A stretch of DNA of 64,000 nt from Oopsacas minuta (lineage: Eukaryota > Animalia > Porifera): NCBI GenBank assembly GCA_024704765.1, contig JAKMXF010000322.1, positions 186,001 to 250,000 on the forward strand, in the 5' to 3' direction. A model generated the notes under the pieces. It saw only the letters and a list, made by a program, of their open reading frames with translations. It was not told the origin of the DNA and ran no database searches. The position numbers and the translations under genes were made by a program. Positions 13,701 to 46,500 of the stretch are shown piece after piece; the first letter of the stretch is position 1; the number at the start of each line of letters is the position of its first letter.

Positions 13701-16700
13701 ATTGAAATGTATTAATTTGGAACTATGACGCGTACTTATCATATCAAACATGATATAGTTCCGATTTCAAGTGTAACCATAGCAACGAAAGAGAATGTGG
13801 TGATTCTGAAATTCTCAACACTGAGTTTCTTCTTCTAGGAAGGTCCAGTATTCCTTATGAGAATCAGAAAAGAATATCAGTGCATTCTGTTCAATGATTA
13901 TTTAGTCCTTGCTTATAAAGCTGATAACAGATCCTTAATAGAACACAAACTACCGTTAGAGGTCGTATGGATTGAAGACCTGCAGGATCTGGACCCCCAG
14001 ACACACAGTGAGGACGCTATAGAGATATACACACCCGATAGGCCTTATACTATCTACACAAAGACGAATGCTGAGAAGAAGCTTTGGTTACATAAGCTGT
14101 TTAGCACGATTAAACTGCATGTAGCCAAGAGGAAGGGTATTAAGGATATTCCTAAAAATCTTGAGATTGATATTCTAACTAGAGAGGCTATTTTTGTTTA
14201 CTCCAATGGAGACTTGTATAATGGAATGTGAGTTATGTCCCAAGGGAATGATGGGTGAGTGTAACTTCCTCAAAAGGAGCCTGTGGAACGGTGAACTTCT
14301 GGAAAATTAATAGATCAATTTCCTAGTCCATATAAATGAACCTCCACTAAAGGGGGAACGGGTTGGCATTTCCGGCGTCTGGCACCTCGTTAATGGATGT
14401 TACACTTTACTTGCTGCCACGTTAAGAGACAATAATTATTCTTATTTTCGTAAGAAGGCAAGTTAGGCAACTCTCTATTGCGTATCTTTACATTTAAAAT
14501 CATCAGTACATTACCAAGGACTGTGCAAATCTGTACGTCTTATCTGTAGTGTCAAATTAACTATTGAAAGTTTTCAGAAATCTAACTCAATAATCCTTTG
14601 AGTATTTATACAGGTTTAGTGATGCCAAGAGACATGGACACGGTGAGATGGTTTGGGCAGATAAGACCACTTATACAGGGGACTGGTATGAAGATGAGAG
14701 GTGTGGTGAGGGGGAGATGAGGTATAATACAGGGGAGATGTTTGTTGGGGAGTGGAAGAATGATAAACAGGAAGGGACAGGAAGACTTGACTATGTAAAC
14801 GGAGATTCTTTGAAAGTAAGTACCAAACCCGTGATTTATACAGCGTTTTATTGGTCAATTTCAACCAATTAATATCCATTCTTACAAATCTCAAATTCGG
14901 TAAGTTGACCGAAATTGAGATATGTAAATTGATTGGTTGAAATTGGCCAATAAATTGCTGGTATTTGACAGAAAATATGTAACACGATTTAAACCAAGAG
15001 AATATCAGCTGTTGGTGAAGCCTCAAATCTGATTTGGCTAGAACATTCCGAGTATACTCGTGCAAATACATTTTAATATTATTTGTAAGCCAAAAATATG
15101 AATGAGACAACATGCAAGGCGCCAAATACATTATTGTGTCATAACCATTAGGCTATTAGCAGTAATATTTGTTTAAGTTATATAACCGAGTGATATTATA
15201 GGGCAATTGGAATTCGGGTTACAGAGAAGGCGATGCTGTAATTACTTTTGGAAACGGCGACAAATTCGAAGGAACATTCCATCGGGACGAGATTAAAGGT
15301 GAGGGACGGTATATATCAGTCACAGGAATGCACTTTGTGGGTCAGTATAAACACTCTCAGAGGTGTGGACGTGGAACCTTGTGTACTACGAATGGTGATT
15401 ACTATGATGGTGAATTTAAAAGGAATATTTTTGATGGAAAAGGCACAATGTTGTATAAAGATCAAAGTAAGTATATTGGAGAATGGAAGAATGGGCAGAG
15501 GAATGGGGATGGCGAAATGAAGACCGCTGAAGGTGATGAATATGAAGGTAAACAAATAAACAAACAAAGAACAACAAATCGACAGAAAAAAAAGTAAAAT
15601 AATCAATAAAACAGCAATTTTTGATATTATTTTTGAATTTTAGGCAGCTGGTTAGAAGATCGTAAAGACGGTTACGGCACGATGAGATACGCTAACAACG
15701 ATTATTACAAAGGAATGTGGCTTTTAGACAAACGCCATGGCAACGGTAAAATGGAATTCAGTAATTCAGATTATTACGAGGGAGAATTCAAACACGATTA
15801 CAGACACGGGAAGGGTCTAATGAAATATCGTAACGGATCGAAGTACGATGGGTTTTTTGAGTACAATATGCGGTCAGGAGAGGGTATCATGATATTTGAG
15901 GACGGTAAGACTTATGTTGGGGCCTGGAAGCACGATATGAGAGAGGGGAAGGGACAGTTGGTGTCACTTCATGGATTGAAGTATGATGGTAATTGGAAGA
16001 ATGATAAACCACATGGGTAAGTTGTTATAAGTTTGAGGATAGGGATTTGACCTCTGGGGCGAATAGGGTGTAGAATATTAGGGTGAGGGTAGGAGGGGTC
16101 TCAGATCTGGCAGACAGGGGCAGAGTGATTCTTAGGGCCCCTTTAGCAAAGGTGTGAGATCCCTAACCTCATTTTAACTTACTAATCTCAAAATTTGAAA
16201 CCAAAGTTAGAAACTTTCATTATTTTTCGCTGACAACACTAGAAGTATGTTTTACAGAAAAACCTAGAATTTTCTCTTTCACAGAATTGACATTGTCAAC
16301 ATTACTGACACAATCAATGAAATGTTAATAATTTCTAACAGTTGATTCCACTTTCGTTGATTTGCTGACGAGTCAAAATTACCATTTGTTTACATTGAAT
16401 AACTATAGGTATAAATTGTAAATACACTCGTGTGTAATTACTTTTTGTTCTGGACACTTTTCCATCAGGTTAAGCCATAGGTAGCGGGTCTCATCGGTGA
16501 TCCACAGACGACAGCAGGGGGTCCACAGAATGTGTAAAATAGGTATATGGTGTCCAAGGGTGAAGAGGTTGGGAACCACTGCTATAGTGATACATATATT
16601 GTCCCGATGGGTGCTTATTTGTACCCTAAGGGCCAAATAATTTGTGGCAAATTCTCTATTTTAGCCATGGCAACATGAAAAGCTCAAAATTGACTTTCGA

Positions 16701-16998
16701 ATACAGAGGCAATTGGATCAACGGCAAGCGAGAGGGGACTGGTATTGAAACCGGTCCAAAAGGTAAATATAACGGAACTTGGAAGAATGGAATGAGAAAT
16801 GGGCAGGGAAATGAAACCTCGCTCGTCGGAACTTCATTCGAAGGACATTGGACTTTCGACAAAAAAACAGGATCAGTTGATCGAAAACTCGCATCTGGAC
16901 TTAAGGAAACTCAAAAATGGCGAGATGGCTTGATTTTAAATACAAAAAACTGTCTCATTCCTCCAGATTTACCAAGTTTCCCAGTTTTTGATTTTTGA
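10738..16998 (+). CDS. RhoGEF (DH-PH) plus MORN-repeat protein, alsin-core-like; exons 10738-10944, 11875-12134, 12258-12854, 13083-13345, 13839-14227, 14614-14815, 15202-15547, 15644-16017, 16665-16998; 5' end uncertain (possibly 10200-10724)
   Basis: Pro-rich N-terminus; DH motifs (IHEMYTTEYTYVNQL; YLITPVQRIPRYLLLLKDLLKLTP); PH domain (CILFNDYLVLA...EKKLWLHKL); many MORN repeats (YxGxWxxxxRxGxG). All listed junctions are GT-AG and in phase. Confidence 0.88.
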
Positions 16999-17388
16999 AG
17001 TCAGATTGTTACAGAAAGACAAGTTGGAGGTATAAATATATGAACAATGTATATGACTATTTGTTTCTTAGTGTATTTGGTATATTTGGTATATTTGGTA
17101 TATTTTGTATGAGTTTCCGCTAATATATTTACAATGAGTTTATCAAGATTGTTGGAATTATATGAGTTTTTGGGGTTGTGGTGGTTTTCCGGCACTTTTT
17201 AGCTAGTGGCGTATGCTTAAAATGTGTCGACATTGAATGAACCATTTATGAAGTGGCACAGACAGTTATTTCAATACGATTTTCCAAAATTTTCATATAT
17301 AACTTGACCCTCTCCAAATTTTCTTTACTAATTATATTTTGCCACGATTGCTTATTCTAGCAACGAGTTAGCAGTATAAGAATTCGAT

Positions 17389-37928
<20,540 letters not shown>

Positions 37929-38676
37929 ACACAAGTAAAGACCGCTACTCCTAATGTCCAATAAATGGATTATTCAATGTGTATAATATATATATGAAGT
38001 GAATGTTTGTTTTTATGATTCTTTGCTTTGTTTTTTCATTGAAGCATTGGTGTTGTTTGTTGTTTATGTGTTGAAACTGTTTACCATGTGCTATCATGTT
38101 AGTGCTTTTCAAAATAGATTAATTGGGCAATTTTGGCAATCTCATAATTTTTTGGAGATCAGGACAGTTACCAATGGAGCTAGGGGGCTTGCCACCGGCC
38201 AAAATAGGTAAAACTAGAGAAATACATTGGACGCTGGATATAAGCACCATCCTCTGGAAGACGGTACTCACATATTCCTGTATCTTATACCGGTTATAAG
38301 AACATGTAATGCTACTCCTAAGGTTGTTCTAATAACCAGTATACACTGTATCCACAATGGATAAATAATATTATCAATAAATGCATTTTGTTGTCGAGTT
38401 TCTACGCAAAATGCCAATTATGTTCAGGAATATTTTTGCCGTCTTTACTTGCCAATTTTAGAATTTTCTTGGATTATTTTATTGTCCGAATAATCCCCTC
38501 AATTAATTTAGTGAGAATTACGTCTGCAGCTGTAATTTGAGATTCTTTAATTTACTTTAAGCGCCAATAAGATAGCGCGGCTTATTTTACCGCCAATGCG
38601 CGGTATAATTGATATACATTCACATAGAAAAATTTATTTATGTATTTTGATAATATTGGATTAGCTTTAGTCAGTA

Positions 38677-39415
38677 ATGGCGATAGTTCCAGGTCTTGAG
38701 ATCGGATTTGGTTTGCTTTTGATTATTATTACATGGATTGGAGCTTTTGGAATATCATTCGCTTTTCTATTCTTCGAGAAAATTAGGTAATTACTGAATA
38801 CTAGAGTCGTAGCCCACGAATACTTATCCACTTTATAACCCCTCTTCGATAGCATTCCAAGTTCCCATGCAGTAACTAGGGATAAACACCCCGGCTACTA
38901 TTCGAGGCGATACCGAATAATTTGTTTTATATTTCATTTTTTAGGAAACTAGCTATCCCGATCACTTTAACAATATCAATAATAATAACAGGACTGTTGT
39001 TATTACCACTTGCATTTGAGAAAGAGAAAAGTATTTCTTTGGTAAATATAATTAACCCAAATTTGGCAACAATTGGACACGACATTGGTCAGCGGTTCCC
39101 AACCTTTTGACCAATGGACCCACTATAGCAACTGTGGGTCGTGGACCTGAGACCCCGCTGCTGCTGCTGCTGTCGTCCGTGCACCACCAAGGGTACCATC
39201 GACCTCAGGTTGGGAACCGGTGACCTTGGCTCACCAATCAGGGAATTTTATTTATAAAACTTCTTTCTTAGGGAGAAGAGGATCATTTCTACGTAGTTCG
39301 TATTGTGTTCTTCATTCTACTGACTTTGTCTAGTTTTGTGTCAATAGTTCTTTTGGCACATTCCATTCTCTTCGAACCCAGATATGCTACTAAATATACA
39401 CGAATTATTTGGTGA
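38677..39415 (+). CDS. TMEM218: Transmembrane protein 218 (ciliary transition-zone protein), 116 aa; exons 38677-38786, 38945-39041, 39272-39415
   Basis: The hand-spliced protein MAIVPGLEIGFGLLLIIITWIGAF...R|KLAIPITLTISIIITGLLLLP...|GEEDHFYVVRIVFFILL...HSILFEPRYAT has three TM segments. It parallels remembered TMEM218 motifs (LGVGAGVFILALLW; IITSVLLLFP; DDFFIGRYVL; HYVLEPIYAK). Junctions are canonical and in phase. Confidence 0.8.
39090..39222. mobile_element. hAT-like MITE (family C) in TMEM218 intron 2
   Basis: TIRs CAGCGGTTCCCAACC / GGTTGGGAACCGGTG; flanks acattggt / accttggc look like a decayed 8-bp TSD. The core ggacccc(c)tgctgtcgtccgtggaccacc recurs at ~11650, 16500, 30650, 31395, 42395, 45600 and 54105. 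Confidence 0.75.
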
Positions 39416-39489
39416 AATAATTCTGAAAAATTGTGGATCAAGATTTCGAAAAATGAATATTTGCGGTGTTACCATTCTTTTAATTTAGC

Positions 39490-39665
39490 GCTTTCTAATC
39501 TACGCGCCATTTTTGCCATAAATTCGCGCCTCTTGTTATTGGCGCCAAATTTCGCAAAAACGCGCGCCATTTCTCGTATATAGGCGCCTTCCTTTCGCAA
39601 TAATACGCGCCAATTTCCATTTATTACCCGCCAATCTCTTCCTCGCTTCGCGCGCTGACGTCAAT
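39490..39665. promoter_or_regulatory. CpG-rich putative promoter of the cadherin gene (E2F-like TTGGCGC/CGCGCC cluster plus CRE TGACGTCA)
   Basis: Multiple gcgcc/ttggcgcc motifs and tgacgtca at ~39656, in otherwise AT-rich DNA ~370 bp upstream of ATG 40027. Confidence 0.4.
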
Positions 39666-40026
39666 ATTCATGAACGTATTTATCACGAATCATTCGCCAT
39701 CAAATATATTTATATTTAGAAATAATGTTTACACACACTTATGGGAATTCACATACTCAAGTAAGCTCTATCACTGTTCAGCCTTTTGCTTAGGAATGTA
39801 CACTAAGAATCCTTTTCACACAAAGATAAACAATAACAAATAGGCGTATCACGACACTCATTGATTTGTATATTAGAACGACGACCACCCAGGTTCACGT
39901 TTTTGAACTTTTAGTTTTGCATTTTTCTATTCCTTCTTAATTAGTCTTACATTTTTCGATTTTATCTTCACCCCGAGAGGTCAGGGGTTTGCACGAATTA
40001 TTTGGAATCATAACTGATCAACTCGA

Positions 40027-40525
40027 ATGGAAGATCAGAATTTTTTTAGGCGCTCGATTATTTCTCGATTATTTACACTTTTCTTATTGATATCACTCTT
40101 CTTCCCAACAGGTTTGTTTATTTTTTGTAGTATTATTTGTTTATTTTGTTTGCATTTATTTCTCTTTATAAACGCAAACGGACGCAATTTCATTCATATC
40201 AAAGTTCTGTTAGAAATAGAAAGAATCGGAAATTTAGAAATTCAGGGGTTCCTTGGAATCCTGAGAGAATAATTCAATGCAACCTCACAAACGGCCCTGT
40301 CGAAACGGAGTGAAAATTATTAGAACCAATACCTAGTCCCACTCAAATGAACCTCTACAAATCGAGTAGCATTTTCGGCGTCTCTGACACTCCATTTGCG
40401 GAGATGACACTGTAATAATCATAATTATCACGGAAATTTGGTATTTTCGAGTGTATTAGGATGAATTGAATGAAACCCAAGGAGAAACTATATCGAGCTG
40501 AATAGCATAATCTCCTACTTGTCTC

Positions 40526-40596
<71 letters not shown>

Positions 40597-43500
40597 CTAG
40601 TATGTCCTATACTTGTGGACCCTCCTACTGGTAATATAGAAGAAGGAGGAATTAGAACTTTCTTTCTATCGGTAAGTTAGTTTGCAACATTTGTATTTTT
40701 GTTTTCCGTTCTCAATAACTTTTAACGTTAAAATCGGTTGCTAATAGTAACACTATACAATAGAATTTTCTAGAACAAATAGAGCAATATAATAGCTGGG
40801 TGAAATATTCAGCGCCACGAAGTATATTTTATTCACTCAGATCCCCCGCGTCTACTGTCGCCTAAAATTTCTATATCGTCACATTTTGCAAATTCTCCAG
40901 TTTTTTGAGAGGCACCTAACCCTCTAACAACTAGAAAGATCCAAATGGGCTCACACACATACTTTGTATTAGCTTTATAGCAAGGTTGCAATCGAATAAT
41001 ATTTGGCGAATAGTTCAATATTCGGTTCAGCAACTATTCATGAATACTGATATTCGGTTCGCTCGGTTTCAACACCTTGCAGTATATAGCCATGTCTTCA
41101 ATAGTGTGAAGACATGGCTATATAATTCGTTGTTATTTGTATTTTATTCTCAATCATATTAATAGCCAGAGAATTTTCAAGCGACAGAAGGAGTAATTGT
41201 ATATGAGCTCGTATCCGGTAAGTATTTTAGGGTGAAACCTCGTTAATATTAATATGAATACCTACGGACGGTCAAATTCTCCGTAACTAACCCGAGTGAT
41301 ACCAATTATGTGTCCGCAAATTTCTACTAACCGTGTTCTTATTTACGAGGTTGCACTGTACCTAACGATACGTACGTTTATATTCATCAATATATTATTC
41401 CTTTCATCCGGTTAGCTACTCCTAATGTACCTCTGGTCACAGATTTCATTGGTCTCAGTAGTAACAGGCTAACTCTAGGCCCTTATGATTATGAAGTGTT
41501 CGTTAATACGAGTACTCCAGTTATAATTACTACAGTGGTAAGTATTATTCTTTAGAATTTTAATTTGTGTCTTTTGGGCCACAAAATCGACAACTTTCCC
41601 CCGGGAATGTTTGCATATTTGACAAATGAATTAGCAATCATTTATCCATCTTTTAGATAAGTGCAGTAGGAACATTGGGCTCGACAGATTTCTCAGGTTT
41701 ACAATTCACTTTACTGAATGTAAATGAGTTCCCTCCTATTGTCGCTCCTACAGTAACGTTTGAGCTTGATGAGAATCCTACTGATCCTATTGTAGGCACA
41801 ATAGCAGCTACTGATGGAGATGGAGGTTATTGTCTTTTATAGATTATATTTCATACGAACCTAGCGTTTTTCAATCAGTGGGGGTTTGAAAATCCTGGCT
41901 CAGGGACTGCCCTTGTCTCTATCCTTTTTCGAACTGCGGCAAACTTACAGTAGAAATTGTTTTTTTGCATTCCATCGGTTCGAAGTATCTAAGTAATTAT
42001 CGCGGTCCCTTGAGCTTCGACGAGAGTTGACTGTATTTTCAACACTTATCAAGGATTGATTCGATTTGGGAACAGTTTGTCTTTACACTCAACGGCCTTC
42101 TGGTGCAATTCTTTATGTTTCGTCTTTTAGATTTGCTTGAATGCTCTATTGATCCTTCAGCTGTAACTACTAACAATGTTCAGATCTTAAACATTTTCAG
42201 TTTCGCTACTGTATCTTGTGAAATGCGAATCAGTGATGCAGAACTTATCGACTATGAAACAGACATGACTTTAGTATTTGATGTGAGTTATTTACATATT
42301 TGTAATTTTGATATGTTTGTTTACCCCAGAGGTTCAGGAAGATCGTAGGAGTCCACAAGTGACACCCCCTATAACAATTTTAACACATTATGTGGACCCC
42401 CTGCTATCGTCCGTTAACCACCGAGGGGTCGATATGCTCAATGGGATAGAACGTTGAATTCCAGACTGTCGAATTTACAAATAGTTCTTCTAGGTAATTA
42501 TAACAGATGTAACAACTAATCCTATGAGTGCTGTCACTACTGTAACAGTCTTAGTATCTGATATTAACGATAATGATCCAATGATTATTAATAACAAGTA
42601 AGCTATTAGTGGGAGTGATCATAGATAGCGGATTAGTCTATTATGTTACAGCATAACAAACTCCTGTTACAACGAAGTTATTCTTTACTCCGAACACTTC
42701 TTAATAACGAGAGTTTCTGTGTATATATATATATTTCCCCGTCGAAACAAGCGAGGAATGCCTCAAAATGACAACATACAGGGCTTTATATTGAATATTT
42801 GTTGTTATTTACTTTATCATATAGCGAAACAACAAGAATCTCTAATAAGATTGGTGTTAGCGGCAACATTTTAACAGCAATAGCAGACGATAGGGACTCG
42901 AATGAGGCAGGACGATTTGAATTCAGTTTGGGAACTCAAACTAACGTGGATACATTAGACACTGTAGATGCTAATACTCAATACAATATTGATTCAGTTT
43001 CTGGTGTTGTGACTGCTGGACTAGCGGTATATAATCCTGGCAGCTATATGCTAGAAGTAAGTTATATTAAAAATTGAAAATTAGGAATACAGTAGAACGA
43101 TTAACCCATAGCTCTATTAATCGGAGTCCACTGTATTAACTCTTCGTTTGCTTGTGCTGCGCGGCTTGTGAACACTCATCTCCAATTACATATTTGCCAT
43201 CTACCAAATTTATTTACATTCTCAGATATGCAAATTGTACTGAGTATACACTCAAATGTGATACGTCAAGATATTTGACACCTATCTCAGAGAGTTTTTG
43301 AGATTTCTCATAGATATTTGAGATTGCACCGAGATGTATTATGTTCTACACTGATACTAAGTTTCAAGTTTGTAGCTCTGGCCAATTCTTCAATAATACT
43401 GTCATTCCTATATATAACTCCTGTTACTGATATTCGTTTAGATTTGTGTTGAGGATTTTGGAGTTCCAAGACTTATGAGTTGTGCAGAATTCGATCTACG

Positions 43501-46500
43501 AATTGAGTTAGCTAACGATAACGCTCCGAGCTTCACAATACTTCAGGGAGGAGCACCCGTCAATATTTCTGAAGTACCAGAAGAGACTTCTGATCCTGTC
43601 AATGCTGTGTTTATGATTCAAGTTGTGGATCCTGATGATGGTTAGTAAATGATAATTGTCCACCAGTGGACAATGTGGTTCGAAGCAGACAATTACAAAA
43701 TTCTAAGCGAATAAAGACATGCTGGATATAAGCACCGTCCACTGGAACCCGGTTCTCATATATTCCTGTATATTTATACCGGTTATAAGAACATGTATTG
43801 TTACTCCCAAGGGCGTTCTTATAACCTGCATACATTGTACTCCTATAGGAACCACAGGACAAGTTGACGTCACTGTAAATTTCTACACTTTCTCCTCAAA
43901 TTTCAGAATACAGGACCAATCACTTAATCAACAAGCTCCCTATAATATCAAAGTATTCGTGGATAGTGCTATTGACAGGGAAGCGCTGAGCTCTCCTCTC
44001 GATCTCATCCCATTCACAATTTCTGGTACAGATCGAGCGCTATTCCCTACAACGTTTGTACTTGATGCTAATATAAGTATTACAGATGTAAACGATTCTC
44101 CACCTGTGTTTATTAACACTCCTTATACTGTTATGGTGTCAGAAAGTGCACCTATCGGTTAGTTCCATAATATACGCTTTAAACAGCTGATACCGACAAT
44201 ATACATTCTGTAGTTATGTCAAACACGGAAATATAGAAGTATCCGCCTATATCGAAGTCTAAAATTGTACAAATATGGCCCCAAACCGTCAAAGTAGCAT
44301 ATATCCCACCGGTTATACCGAAATAATTATCACAGCCCTTTTGAGCTTTGATATAACGAAAGTTGAATGTATTATTATCCAAATTCAATTGTTTTAATCT
44401 GTTGTACCATTCTTGATTCAATTCTACAAACTATTCATATCTTTCCTTCTATTCTATTAGGCTATATATTCTTCAATGCAAATACTACTGACGAGGATAT
44501 CGGTGTGAATGCAGTCCATCAGTTCTCTTCTAATTCAACTGACATTGAGTTTGAGGTAATTCACTATATTTTCACACCTCTGGGTAACTCAAATTATCAT
44601 TTTGACATTCACATTATTCCCTTAGATTCACCCTAATGGATCAGTTTACATAGCTAGTGACGTCATAAGAGGTGTAGCTCCCACATATGATTTCTATATA
44701 TCCGCAGATGACGGTGCTTTCACTGCTATCACAAAACTTGTGATTAATGTTACAGAATCTAACGAATTTGCACCAACTTTCGTCACAAATGATTCTTCAA
44801 ATCTTTCCTTCCTTGAAAACGCTACTGTTTCAACCTTAATTGCATCTTTCAATATTTCTGATGAGGACTTTGGACCGTCAGGACAATTCAATGTTGTCAT
44901 TACAATGTCAGATGAGATATTTACTGTTAGTCAATCGTTTGGTGATAGAGAAGGTTCTTTTGCTGTGTATCTTGAGAATCCATTCAATTTTGAGGTAATT
45001 TAGATGTTTAGTTACACATAATACGTGGATATTCTCCAAAACGTTCCACATTTTCTTGAGGGAATTTTATGTTTACTGTTTACTCTCCAGACTTCAACAC
45101 AACACACTCTTGAAATAACAGCAACAGATTTAGGTGTACCCTCTAAACAAGGAACTATTACTTTCATAATTGACATATTTGATGTTAACGAGTTCGCTCC
45201 AGAATTTCAGAGTACTCCTTATATCTTTACTGCGCTCGCTCATTACAGCACTGGCACTTTCTTAGGTACATTCGTATATTAAAACTTTTCTGAATATGTT
45301 GAAAATTGGCTTGAAATTTTGTATGTGATAAAACCAGGAATAATTTCTAATATCTAACGGATATTTTCACTAATCTCTGAGAAAAGGTGACGAAGTGTTC
45401 TTTCCCATTATAAAACATTAGAAATAGTCTAACGTATATTAAGGAATTGGTAAGAGTTACAAACTTGAATTTTGCCTGAATGTAGAATATGACATATTAA
45501 GGTGTTGTTTCAAAACTCTCTGAATAGGTTACAAATATCTTGACCTATCAGATTTAAGTGTATGGTCAGTACATTTTTCCTGATAACCTCTTGGTGGTCA
45601 CGGACGACAGCAGGGGTCCACAGGATCTCAAATTTTGTATTAGAGTCTATGGGAGGGGTGCATTGAATGTGTTAAAATTGGTACAGGGGTCCTTTCCTTT
45701 TATTTGTGTTATTGTAATTATGGATATTTTCTTTATTCAGGTACTGTTCGTGCTATCGATCAAGATGGGACAACATCTATGGAGGATATTGCATACACAG
45801 TTATTGATATACCTTCAGAGTTCGATTTTCAAATAATAGCTGCTGCAGTACAGATTACAACTGCCTCTAGTTTTGGATCTGGAATAACTGTAATTATTAT
45901 TATAATAATATCTAAGATCAAAGGGCCTTAATAATCACTTCAATATAACCAATGACGTATATGTTACTTTGACAGTTTGGGATCATATGTGTATACTTTC
46001 ACACTTTGACATAAGCGTTGACTTACTATGCGGACTTTTGTACGAATTTAAGATCTAAGAAATTGAAATTTATATCCTATTTAGAATGAGAATTTCACTT
46101 TCACTGTGGTGGCAGAAGACAATGATCCTTTCGAACCTCTCAACACCTCCATCATAGTACAGATAAATCTACAAAACGATAATAACAATCACGCTCCAGT
46201 CCTAGGGCTTCAGAACTACTTTGGAAATATTCAAGAAAATGCAGCCGACGGTACGGTCATTTTCAATATAACAGCTACAGATGACGACTATGGATTGAAT
46301 CCTGAAGCTGGTACTATATCACAGTTTGAACTTGTTGGAGATCCAGCTGTTACCGGTTATTTTAGGACTGTTCTATATCCTCTTGATAATGGTGTGAGTA
46401 GAGGTGCTTTACTACTGAAGTAAGTTTATATTACACGTATTAGTATAAGAAGGGACGCCTTATCCCGTACAAGACTCCATTTTTATATTTGCTTTTCAAT

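Noticed and set aside
39725-39760. Short ATG-started exon-like segment (MFTHTYGNSHTQ|gtaagc) upstream of the cadherin
   Set aside because: An in-frame TGA at 40015 precedes ATG 40027 and I found no in-phase acceptor; at most it is a 5' UTR exon.
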